Positions 38,182 to 45,769 of a stretch of 64,000 nucleotides of DNA are shown piece after piece. The notes below the pieces were generated by a model. It ran no database searches. It was not told the DNA's origin and saw nothing but the letters and a program-made list of their open reading frames with translations. Source of the DNA: Bacteroides fragilis (GTDB taxonomy: Bacteria; Pseudomonadota; Alphaproteobacteria; Rs-D84); assembly GCA_963630775.1 (NCBI GenBank), contig CAVGNU010000002.1:3406-67405 (forward strand), in the 5' to 3' direction. The translations under genes were made by a program, and so were the position numbers. The first letter of the stretch is position 1, and each line of letters starts with the position of its first letter.

Positions 38182-39087
38182 TTACACACGCCATGGGCGT
38201 ACATACTTGGTTAAACGCACTTTTAATATCGGTAATATGCCAAACAAGTAATATTTTTCTGTTGTTCGTGCCGCATTTACGCGTACGATGATTACCGGCA
38301 AAATGCCAAATAACTTATACCGCACAAGCGAAAGCTTATCACCACCACGTTGTAAATCATTTTGCGTCAGGCACGAAAACACGTCGCGCTTTGCATGACG
38401 CCAATCAGAATCACGTTGTGACTTTGTGCTTTTTGTGGTCAACATAGACCCATTTCTGAATTTATAAACATATCGCGCGCCTGGCACGCACACCAGACGC
38501 GCCGCCGTAATCACCATTTGCGTCATTGGTAACATATCTTCGCAATATTTAATATCGCGCGGGAAACTAAATTTGTTTTTTAACCAAAATCTACGCGATA
38601 TCAAATAACGCCACGAGTATCCGTGCATATCAACATGCGTTATATCTAACTTGTCTTGGGGGTGCATCAAAACCAATTCTGTGTCAAATAATACACTGTT
38701 TTCTGGATAACGTTCGTTTATGTATTCTGAAACAGCAACATCTGCATTGGTACGCGCGCATGCATCATATAACCTGTGGTAAAAAGACGTATTTATACAG
38801 TCGTCCGCATCCATAAAATGAATATAATCGCCACGCGCAACCACAATCGCGTCATTTCGTGATACGGCCGGCCCCATATTTACATCATGTGTGATTACGC
38901 GAATATTCATATGCGGGTGCTGTTTGATAAAATCATTTATAAGTTCATCGGTGTTATCTGTGCAGCCATCCAACACAATTACAGTTTCTATTTCTGATAC
39001 ATCAAAATCTTGTGTTTGTATGTTCGTCAATGCCTGTACAATATATTTTTCACAATTGTACGCCGGTATTATCACAGATATTTTCAT
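38182..39087 (-). CDS. Family 2 glycosyltransferase (LPS/LOS or capsule type)
   Basis: MKISVIIPAYNCEKYI...DGCTD...MDADD. Visibly AT-richer than its neighbours. Duplicated C-terminal LFGILP(V/I)..VR tail. ATG 39087 has an AGGGAAA SD. Confidence 0.85.
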   Translation of the reverse strand: MKISVIIPAYNCEKYIVQALTNIQTQDFDVSEIETVIVLDGCTDNTDELINDFIKQHPHMNIRVITHDVNMGPAVSRNDAIVVARGDYIHFMDADDCINTSFYHRLYDACARTNADVAVSEYINERYPENSVLFDTELVLMHPQDKLDITHVDMHGYSWRYLISRRFWLKNKFSFPRDIKYCEDMLPMTQMVITAARLVCVPGARYVYKFRNGSMLTTKSTKSQRDSDWRHAKRDVFSCLTQNDLQRGGDKLSLVRYKLFGILPVIIVRVNAARTTEKYYLFGILPILKVRLTKYVRPWRV

Positions 39088-39105
39088 TATATTTCCCTTT
39101 TTGCT

Positions 39106-39314
39106 GGACAAAAATAAACCGCCAAGGGAAATTGGCGGTCGGGGTCTTAGAACAAGCACTCACAAATGCCCCCGCGCGATTTTGGTAAAACCTGTTGTAT
39201 ATCACACGGAACCCCGACCAATGGGTCTGGGTTAAAATAACGGCGCAAACGCACCGCATACGGATTACGACGCACCTGCGCCGTGTGATGCGGGGATGTT
39301 CTAAGTCCCGAACC
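39106..39314 (-). ncRNA. Candidate structured RNA (riboswitch-like leader or sRNA) ending in an intrinsic terminator
   Basis: Nested helices: 39137-53/39298-314, 39170-75/39290-95 and 39201-06/39284-89. Two internal hairpins (39241-83, 39211-34). Then ccgccaa-tttccc-ttggcgg plus a T-run, 20 nt before the GT2 ATG. Confidence 0.5.
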
Positions 39315-39414
39315 TACAATCCCTTGCAGATTCATTCAAATGATAACTGATTACAACTGAAAAATAAAGATTAAATTTGCTTTCATAAAAAAACGAGGCA
39401 AATGCCCCGTTTTT

Positions 39415-40062
39415 TTATTTATTTGGAATAATTTTAATTTCAACACGTCTGTTCTGTTGACGCCCCGCTGCATCGGAATTTGACGCGATTGGATTGGACG
39501 GGCCCATGCCCAGAATCTCGAAACGCGATGCCTTGACGCCCTGACCTTGCAGATACGCCGCAACCGCGTTTGCACGATTACGCGACAAGGTCTGATTGTA
39601 ATCCGCACTGCCCGTGCTGTCGGTATAGCCCGACACCATGACAGTTGAATTGCTGTATTTATTCAAAACTTTGGCCACAGAATTCAATGTTGCATAGAAT
39701 CCCGCATTGATATCCGCCGAATCTGTTTGGAACGTGATATTGCCCGGCATCACCAAACGAATACTGTCATTGTCGCGAACAACACTAACGCCGGTTGATG
39801 CCAATTCTTGGCGTAATTCGGCCTCTTGCACGTCCAGATAGTAACCAACGCCACCACCAACGGCCGCGCCTGCCAGTCCGCCGACCAATGCGCCCTTGCC
39901 ACGATTACCCGATACCAGTGCGCCGGTCGCCGCACCCGTTGCCGCGCCGATTGCGGTGCCCCATACGGCCTTGGATGTTTGTGATTCGCCGGTGTATGGG
40001 TTGGTGGTGGTGCACCCCGCTAAAATTGCCGCCATGGCAGCAAAAACTGTAAATTTTTTCAT
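39415..40062 (-). CDS. OmpA-family lipoprotein with a glycine-zipper region
   Basis: Lipobox ILAGCT. GxxxG-rich segment (GTAIGAATGAATGALVSG...GGLAGAAVGGGVG). C-terminal OmpA domain (VSGYTDSTGSADYNQTLS...NRRVEIKI). Confidence 0.85.
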   Translation of the reverse strand: MKKFTVFAAMAAILAGCTTTNPYTGESQTSKAVWGTAIGAATGAATGALVSGNRGKGALVGGLAGAAVGGGVGYYLDVQEAELRQELASTGVSVVRDNDSIRLVMPGNITFQTDSADINAGFYATLNSVAKVLNKYSNSTVMVSGYTDSTGSADYNQTLSRNRANAVAAYLQGQGVKASRFEILGMGPSNPIASNSDAAGRQQNRRVEIKIIPNK

Positions 40063-40120
40063 TATGCTTTCTCCTTTTTGGGGGTATTTTACCACAAAAA
40101 ATCCCCCACGCAAGAACGTA

Positions 40121-40160
40121 AAGAGAGATAATAGAGCATAGATAATAGAGAATAGATGGG
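40121..40160. repeat. Heptamer array (TAGAGCA TAGATAA TAGAGAA TAGATGG), copy d
   Basis: Same heptamer words as copies b and g. Confidence 0.7.
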
Positions 40161-40239
40161 TAAATGCGTCCGCAACGCCATGCTAAAAATTAAACCGCCA
40201 TAAATGGCGGTGAAATCAGCAATTCGGGATTGGTGCGCC

Positions 40240-40293
40240 AACCCTCCCCGTGTTTATGCAAGGCATAAAAACACCCCTCCGATGGAGGGGAAT
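40240..40293. repeat. CCCTCC-type double-hairpin element, copy 2
   Basis: aaCCCTCCCCGT-[tttatgc aag gcataaa]-aACACCCCTCC gat GGAGGGGAAT. Confidence 0.75.
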
Positions 40294-40296
40294 AGA

Positions 40297-40313
40297 TGGT
40301 GGATGTTGAGGGA
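40297..40313. repeat. 17-bp direct repeat of the tRNA-Val 3' end (att-like scar)
   Basis: tggtggatgttgaggga is identical to 40469-40485. Confidence 0.8.
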
Positions 40314-40435
40314 TTCCCTCGGCATACGCCTGCGGGGCATTCGTTAGCGTTCAAACTGCGCGTTACTTGTTTTCACTTACTCATTGTCAAACCCCGGGGT
40401 TTTCGTCCCAAAATATACACACAAAAGATAAAACA

Positions 40436-40461
40436 AAAACCACCGCGTGGGTGGTTTTTAT
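40436..40461. terminator. Intrinsic terminator downstream of tRNA-Val
   Basis: aaaaaccacc-gcgt-gggtggttttt. Confidence 0.7.
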
Positions 40462-40468
40462 TTTATCT

Positions 40469-40545
40469 TGGTGGATGTTGAGGGACTCAAACCCCCGACC
40501 CTCTCGGTGTAAACGAGATGCTCTAATCAACTGAGCTAAACATCC
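40469..40545 (-). tRNA. tRNA-Val (anticodon TAC), CCA encoded
   Basis: Cloverleaf read by hand: acceptor GGATGTT/AACATCC, D stem GCTC/GAGC, anticodon stem TCTCG/CGAGA with loop TTTACAC, T stem GGGGG/CCCTC, then A and CCA. Confidence 0.9.
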
Positions 40546-40590
40546 AAAGCTGGCAAATCATAATTGATTTTTTACCGTTTGTCCAGTTTT

Positions 40591-40890
40591 TTATTCTGGC
40601 ATCGGCATACCAGCGGTGGCTTCGCCCATAACTTCGTCAATTACGGCGTCGGCCTTGGCCTTGGCATCGTTATATGCCGCAGCAACTAATGCCGCGACCG
40701 CGTCTGCGCCACGCGCCAACACGTCTGGTCGAATGGCCAATCCCACCAAATCGTATTTACCAGACATTGTTATTACGCACGCGCCATTTTCGGCAATTCC
40801 GGACACGCGCATTGACGCCAATTTTTCCTGTGCGGCCGATACTTTGTTTTGCAAATCAGCGGCCTGTGCCATTAAATTCTCCATATCCAT
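40591..40890 (-). CDS. ybaB: Nucleoid-associated protein YbaB/EbfC
   Basis: 99 aa. MENLMAQAADLQNKVSAAQEKL...V..SGKYDLVGLAI is typical of YbaB. ATG 40890 chosen because the longer track ORF runs into pnp. Confidence 0.8.
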   Translation of the reverse strand: MDMENLMAQAADLQNKVSAAQEKLASMRVSGIAENGACVITMSGKYDLVGLAIRPDVLARGADAVAALVAAAYNDAKAKADAVIDEVMGEATAGMPMPE

Positions 40891-40945
40891 ATCAAATCCC
40901 CCATGTACTAAATGCGCCCCGTATTTCAGGGGCGCAAACCATATG

Positions 40946-43114
40946 TTAGTCAGCGATTTCGTGACCTGTTTTCTGGTCAATACCGACCATGGACATACGT
41001 GTTTTGCCACGTTTGTCCGCACCCAGATAGCGGACATAAACCTTGTCGCCTTCGTGAATCTTGGTGTCTTCAATCTTGGCAATGCGTTCGCCTGTGATTT
41101 CAGAAATATGAACCATCGATTCAAATCCGTTCAAGATTTTTACAAACAGACCGAAATCTTTGACCCCCGACACAGTACCGGCATAAATCATACCAACCTC
41201 GGGTTCAGCCACGATGTCTTTGATGCGCGCGATGGCGGCTTCGGCCTCTTCCTTGGTTGTGGCCATAATTTTCACAGTACCATCATCTTCCAAATCAATT
41301 TGAGTGTTGGTTTCGCGCGTCAATGCCTGAATCACACTGCCACCCTTGCCGATAACATCACGAACCTTGTCTGGGTTGATTTTCATGGTGTACGCCTGCG
41401 GAGCAAATTCAGACACATGGTCACGTGGGGCTTTGATTGCTTTCTCGATTTTGCCCAAGATGTGCATGCGGCCATCTTTTGCCTGTGCCAATGCCTTTTC
41501 CATGATTTCAAATGTGATAGATGTGATTTTAATATCCATCTGTAACGCGGTGATACCACGATCAGTACCCGTTACCTTGAAATCCATATCGCCCAAGTGG
41601 TCTTCGTCGCCCAAAATATCGGTCAAGATTGCGTAATCATCGCCCTCTTTTATCAAACCCATGGCGATACCCGCAACTGGACGCGTCAATGGAACGCCAC
41701 CGTCCATCATTGCCAATGTTGCGCCACATGTTGTCGCCATTGACGATGAACCATTGGATTCCAAAATATCGGATACAACGCGGATTACATAGTCGAATTT
41801 TTCACGGCTGGGCACCATTGGGTGCAACGCGCGCCATGCCAAATTACCATGACCCAATTCGCGACGCCCTGGGGATTTCAGACCCTTGGCCTCGCCCACG
41901 GAATAACCTGGGAAATTATAGTTCAAGATAAAATCGCGTTCTTCGGCACCATCCAAAGATTCCAATGGCAATGCATCTTTGCCGCCGCCCAATGTCAGCG
42001 ACACCAATGCCTGTGTTTCGCCGCGCGTAAACAGGGCCGAGCCATGTGCGCGTGGCAATACACCCAATTCAATTTCGATTGGACGTACAGTTTTTGTATC
42101 ACGACCATCAATACGTGGTTTGCCCGCCAAGATGTTGCCGCGCATAATTCGTGCAGTGATGTTTTCAACGATTTCATCTGCAAATGATTCCAATGTAGAT
42201 GTTGCCGTTGTTGTATCTGGGAACAATTCTGGGATACGTGCCTTGGCCGCGGAATGAATGCCCGCCAATGTATCCAAACGAACCAATTTTTCCTTGATTT
42301 GCAATGCGTTTTCAATGTCGCCTGCAAAGCGTTCAAAATCAGATTCCATTGCAACATATTCTGCGGACTTTTCAGGTGTTGCCCAACGCTCTTTGCCGCA
42401 TTTTTCGGTCAATTCGTTGATTGCCTGAATTACAACCTGTTGCGCATCGAAACCAAATTTCACCGCACCCAGCGTTGTCTTTTCGTCCAATTCGCCGATT
42501 TCTGATTCAACCATCAGAACGCCGTCTTTGGTTGCCGCAACGACCAAATCCATTTCGGAATCTTCGGTAACCTTTTTGGACGGATTCAAGATATATTTGC
42601 CGTCCATGTAACCAACACGCGCCGCACCAATCGGGCCAGCAAATGGAACACCAGACAATGCCAACGCCGCAGATGACGCAATCATGGCCAAGATATCTGG
42701 CTGGTTCTTTTTATCATACGAAAATGTTTGTGCGATAATCTGAACCTTGTTCTTGAATGTTTCTGGGAACAGTGGACGAATCGGGCGGTCAATCAAACGC
42801 GCAATCAATGTTTCAGCGGTTGATGCCTTGCCCTCGCGTCTGTCACGTGACCCTGGAATACGACCAGCAGACGCGAATTTTTCCTGATAGTCAACAGTCA
42901 ACGGAAAGAAATCCTGCCCTTCGACCGCGGTCTTTTCCGCACAGACGGTTGCCAAAACCATTGTGCCGCCCATTGTTGCCAATACGGCACCATTGGCCTG
43001 CTTTGCCATGCGACCTGTTTCCAAACGCAACACTTCGTCACCATATGGCACTTCGACCACAACAGGATTATTCAAATGTGCGTGTTCACCTTTATCAAAT
43101 AAACCAAACAACAT
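40946..43114 (-). CDS. pnp: Polynucleotide phosphorylase
   Basis: Two RNase PH domains, KH and S1 (GTVSGVKDFGLFVKI). 722 aa. Confidence 0.97.
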   Translation of the reverse strand: MLFGLFDKGEHAHLNNPVVVEVPYGDEVLRLETGRMAKQANGAVLATMGGTMVLATVCAEKTAVEGQDFFPLTVDYQEKFASAGRIPGSRDRREGKASTAETLIARLIDRPIRPLFPETFKNKVQIIAQTFSYDKKNQPDILAMIASSAALALSGVPFAGPIGAARVGYMDGKYILNPSKKVTEDSEMDLVVAATKDGVLMVESEIGELDEKTTLGAVKFGFDAQQVVIQAINELTEKCGKERWATPEKSAEYVAMESDFERFAGDIENALQIKEKLVRLDTLAGIHSAAKARIPELFPDTTTATSTLESFADEIVENITARIMRGNILAGKPRIDGRDTKTVRPIEIELGVLPRAHGSALFTRGETQALVSLTLGGGKDALPLESLDGAEERDFILNYNFPGYSVGEAKGLKSPGRRELGHGNLAWRALHPMVPSREKFDYVIRVVSDILESNGSSSMATTCGATLAMMDGGVPLTRPVAGIAMGLIKEGDDYAILTDILGDEDHLGDMDFKVTGTDRGITALQMDIKITSITFEIMEKALAQAKDGRMHILGKIEKAIKAPRDHVSEFAPQAYTMKINPDKVRDVIGKGGSVIQALTRETNTQIDLEDDGTVKIMATTKEEAEAAIARIKDIVAEPEVGMIYAGTVSGVKDFGLFVKILNGFESMVHISEITGERIAKIEDTKIHEGDKVYVRYLGADKRGKTRMSMVGIDQKTGHEIAD

Positions 43115-43151
43115 TATTTTTCTCCATTAGTTTGTAAGTTTGTTATTCAAT

Positions 43152-43215
43152 GCGAAGAAAAATTATTCGTTTTTGCATTTGCGCAAAATGCAAGAATGAA
43201 CAATTTCCCCTTCGC
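43152..43215 (-). promoter_or_regulatory. Long imperfect hairpin in the pnp 5' leader (candidate RNase III autoregulatory site)
   Basis: gcgaag...tgcattt gcgca aaatgca...cttcgc. About 30 bp of interrupted pairing, 38 nt upstream of the pnp ATG. Confidence 0.45.
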
Positions 43216-43258
43216 ACCGCTTGATTATTAAATAATATTTGCGTTGATGCAAATATTT

Positions 43259-44044
43259 TCATTTACCTTTTTTGACCTGCCCTGCTGCATACAGGTGACC
43301 ATATTCCAAAACTGTTCGCACCATAACGTCGCCAAATCCGCGCTTTGACATAAAGCGATACGCCGCCATTATGTCGTTCGTCCAATCGCAAAATCCCGCT
43401 GTTTCCCAGTCAATAAATGCAACAATATCGCCCGTTTCTGGATTCACAATAAAATTGCCGCCGATGTCCCCGTGATACCACCCTCGCATAAATCCGGGCC
43501 GTGCGTCACGGGGGCGTAATGATTTTAATTCCGCCGGGTCAGATGCGCCAATCTGGTAAATAAATGCCGCCAGTTGGGTTGCGATTTTATCTGCGTGGCG
43601 GCGAACGTCGCGCGGGCGCATTGTTCCCAACGTTTCGCCCGTGATGAATTCGTATTTCAGCACATCCATTCCGCGAAATTGCAACAATTCCATTTTTGGC
43701 AAACGCACCGGTGACACATTACGAAATGCATCTGCGAACATTTTTTCGCGACGCGGGCTGTCTGCACGGGCGGCAACCAGCGGGAATTTATACGCGACCG
43801 TATTATTCAAAACAACAATTATCTTTTTCATGCCGTTGTGCCCTTGGTACGTGCGAACGCTAGGATTACTCAACCCTGCGTCACGCACCGCAAAATCAAT
43901 ATACGATTTGATATCAAAATGCGCACGCACACGAATACGATGTCGCACAGATTTGCTGGGGATAAACGCGCACAATAAATTTGTCGCAAACGATTTTACA
44001 GACATGCATGCTACCATATGTTGTTTGGTTTGACATATTCCCAT
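43259..44044 (-). CDS. Aminoglycoside-phosphotransferase-fold kinase (APH/choline-kinase-like)
   Basis: HGDIGGNFIVNPETGDIVAFIDWETAGF (HxDxxxxN ... IDWE). N-terminal IPSKSVRHRIR tail typical of LOS/capsule accessory enzymes. ATG 44044 chosen because 44062 lies inside the rpsO terminator. Confidence 0.7.
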   Translation of the reverse strand: MGICQTKQHMVACMSVKSFATNLLCAFIPSKSVRHRIRVRAHFDIKSYIDFAVRDAGLSNPSVRTYQGHNGMKKIIVVLNNTVAYKFPLVAARADSPRREKMFADAFRNVSPVRLPKMELLQFRGMDVLKYEFITGETLGTMRPRDVRRHADKIATQLAAFIYQIGASDPAELKSLRPRDARPGFMRGWYHGDIGGNFIVNPETGDIVAFIDWETAGFCDWTNDIMAAYRFMSKRGFGDVMVRTVLEYGHLYAAGQVKKGK

Positions 44045-44050
44045 GAATAT

Positions 44051-44086
44051 AAAAAAAAGCAATAAAACCCGCCACAGGGCGGGCTT
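44051..44086 (-). terminator. rpsO intrinsic terminator
   Basis: Minus strand: gcccgcc-ctgt-ggcgggt followed by ttttattgctttttttt. Confidence 0.75.
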
Positions 44087-44089
44087 TGA

Positions 44090-44362
44090 TTACTTACGCA
44101 GACCTAATTTTTTAATCAGTTCTTCGTATTCAGCAACACTGTTCTTTTTGATGTACGCCAACAATTTTTTGCGACGATTTACCATCAACAACAAACCACG
44201 TTTAGAGTGTTCGTCTTTGTGGTTTTCTTTCATATGCTTGGTCAAATTGCGAATGCGTTCTGTCAAAACAGCAACCTGAGATGCAGCGGAACCGCCATTA
44301 TCTTTTTCTGTTGTTTTGAAAGCGGCAATCAATTCGCCTTTTTTTTCTTTTGTAACGGACAT
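44090..44362 (-). CDS. rpsO: 30S ribosomal protein S15
   Basis: MSVTKEKKGELIAAF...GSAASQVAVLTERIRNLTKHMKENHKDEHSKRGLL..V..RRKLL.Y. Confidence 0.95.
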   Translation of the reverse strand: MSVTKEKKGELIAAFKTTEKDNGGSAASQVAVLTERIRNLTKHMKENHKDEHSKRGLLLMVNRRKKLLAYIKKNSVAEYEELIKKLGLRK

Positions 44363-44384
44363 TACGTTTTTCCTTTGTTTTTCG

Positions 44385-45260
44385 TTAAATTGTTCGTTTG
44401 GGGCGCAGCATGCCAGTATCGTCAATTCGCCCTATTCCAATGAACACGTCACCAGAATAAACGCGATGCAGACCGACCGCACCACCCGTTTGAATAAACC
44501 CGCCGTTTTTATATAAATCGGCCGATTTATCGTCCAGACACACAACCGGAATGTCCCCCAGTCCATGGTCTGGTGATTTCAAGAAATCCTTGATATCTGT
44601 GCCATTATTGACCAGTTTTTCCAGAAAATCAAGTGTCACCGCATTTTTTATATCAAACGCGCCCGATTGGGTGCGACGTATCATCGTTGTCGTGGCGATG
44701 GCCCCGACCGCCCGCGCGATATCGCGCACCAATGCGCGGACATATGTCCCACGACTGCACCGCAGGCAAAAATTCCAATCAGACCCGTCGCGCCCCAGAA
44801 ATTCCAGCGCATAGATATGCACGTTACGCGGCGCGGGCGTGGCGTCCATGCCCCCACGTGCCAATTCATATGCGCGCCGACCCGCGATGTGCACCGCGCT
44901 GTATGCCGGCGGAATTTGGGAAATTTCCCCTATAAATTGGGGCAGCGCGCCCATCACAGCATCAACCGTTGGCGTAAAATCATTACGCAGGGTTTCGCGG
45001 CCTGTGATGTCCAATGTGTCAGTGGCGACGCCAAACCGCATAGAAAATAGGTATTCTTTGATGTTTTCATGTGCGTCTTCGACAAATGGTATCATTTTGG
45101 TTGCCGCACCAACCGCAATCGGCAACACACCCGACGCCATTGGGTCAAGTGTGCCAATGTGCCCCGACGTACGCGCCCCAAACAGGCGCGCGACACGCGT
45201 GCTGGCCGTGCGACTAAACAGGCCACTTTCTTTGTCCAAAATAATCCAACCACATGCCAT
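44385..45260 (-). CDS. truB: tRNA pseudouridine-55 synthase
   Basis: GHIGTLDPMASGVLPI catalytic motif and a PUA-like C-terminus. Confidence 0.95.
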   Translation of the reverse strand: MACGWIILDKESGLFSRTASTRVARLFGARTSGHIGTLDPMASGVLPIAVGAATKMIPFVEDAHENIKEYLFSMRFGVATDTLDITGRETLRNDFTPTVDAVMGALPQFIGEISQIPPAYSAVHIAGRRAYELARGGMDATPAPRNVHIYALEFLGRDGSDWNFCLRCSRGTYVRALVRDIARAVGAIATTTMIRRTQSGAFDIKNAVTLDFLEKLVNNGTDIKDFLKSPDHGLGDIPVVCLDDKSADLYKNGGFIQTGGAVGLHRVYSGDVFIGIGRIDDTGMLRPKRTI

Positions 45261-45261
45261 T

Positions 45262-45747
45262 TTAACGACGCTTTATTTTGCTCTGTGCGCGGGCAAATTC
45301 GGTCATAAACCGCGCAAATTCTGTTTTATCTTTGCGGCAATGCGGCCACAGTTGTGTCATTGTCGCGTTATCAATAACCGCGCTGTATTTCGACGTGTCG
45401 ACCAATATTTCACGCCACTGGCGCGCAACGTCACCATTTTCCAGACGCAGTGGCGCGTCCATCGGAACGGTTGCAAACACCCGCGCACCATCAATGCGAA
45501 CATCACGCCCGACCAGCACACGCGCAGACCACGCAACCTTTGAAATATATTCATTGCCACCATCGTGCACAATCGTACGCAACCCCAGTTGAATTTCCGG
45601 CATACCGACCGTCAAATGCGTTGCAACGTGCGTTTTCATAAAATCCAGATGGCGCAAAAATTCTGTCAGAACCAGTGGATTGTAAAACTCGGCATAATTT
45701 GGTTCATAAAACGGTGTTTTGAATGCGATTTTTACTCTGGTCTTCAT
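45262..45747 (-). CDS. Hypothetical protein (161 aa)
   Basis: ORF tightly packed between mutS and truB. No motif recognised. It does not resemble RbfA. Confidence 0.5.
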   Translation of the reverse strand: MKTRVKIAFKTPFYEPNYAEFYNPLVLTEFLRHLDFMKTHVATHLTVGMPEIQLGLRTIVHDGGNEYISKVAWSARVLVGRDVRIDGARVFATVPMDAPLRLENGDVARQWREILVDTSKYSAVIDNATMTQLWPHCRKDKTEFARFMTEFARAQSKIKRR

Positions 45748-45769
45748 GTGGGGGGCGTCCTTTGGTTCT

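Noticed and set aside
39106-39314. The structured RNA could be SRP RNA, RNase P RNA, tmRNA or 6S RNA.
   Set aside because: No GGAAGCAGCC-type SRP helix-8 motif, no GAGGAAAGTCC RNase P motif and no tRNA-like tmRNA end is present. 6S cannot be excluded on size, but the multi-hairpin junction is unlike the single extended 6S hairpin. The RNA is left unassigned.
40296-40481. 61-aa ORF between the two copies of the tRNA-Val 3' end
   Set aside because: It begins in one copy of the 17-bp repeat, runs through the tRNA terminator and ends in the tRNA gene. It has no SD. It is most likely non-coding.
38182-40545. A genomic island or prophage integrated at tRNA-Val
   Set aside because: No integrase, phage or transfer genes are present. 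The only direct repeat encloses about 155 bp. It is reported as a possible scar rather than a mobile element.
40616-41545. 309-aa ORF on the plus strand. Similar long ORFs occur at 37222-38049 (275 aa), 44839-45543 (234 aa), 6666-7340 (224 aa), 19565-20203 (212 aa) and 46614-47201 (195 aa).
   Set aside because: Each lies entirely antisense to a confidently identified gene (pnp, rlmN, truB, pilin-like A, lipoprotein, mutS). Their composition is low-complexity and Ser/Ala/Arg-rich, typical of shadow ORFs. None has an SD or a recognisable motif.
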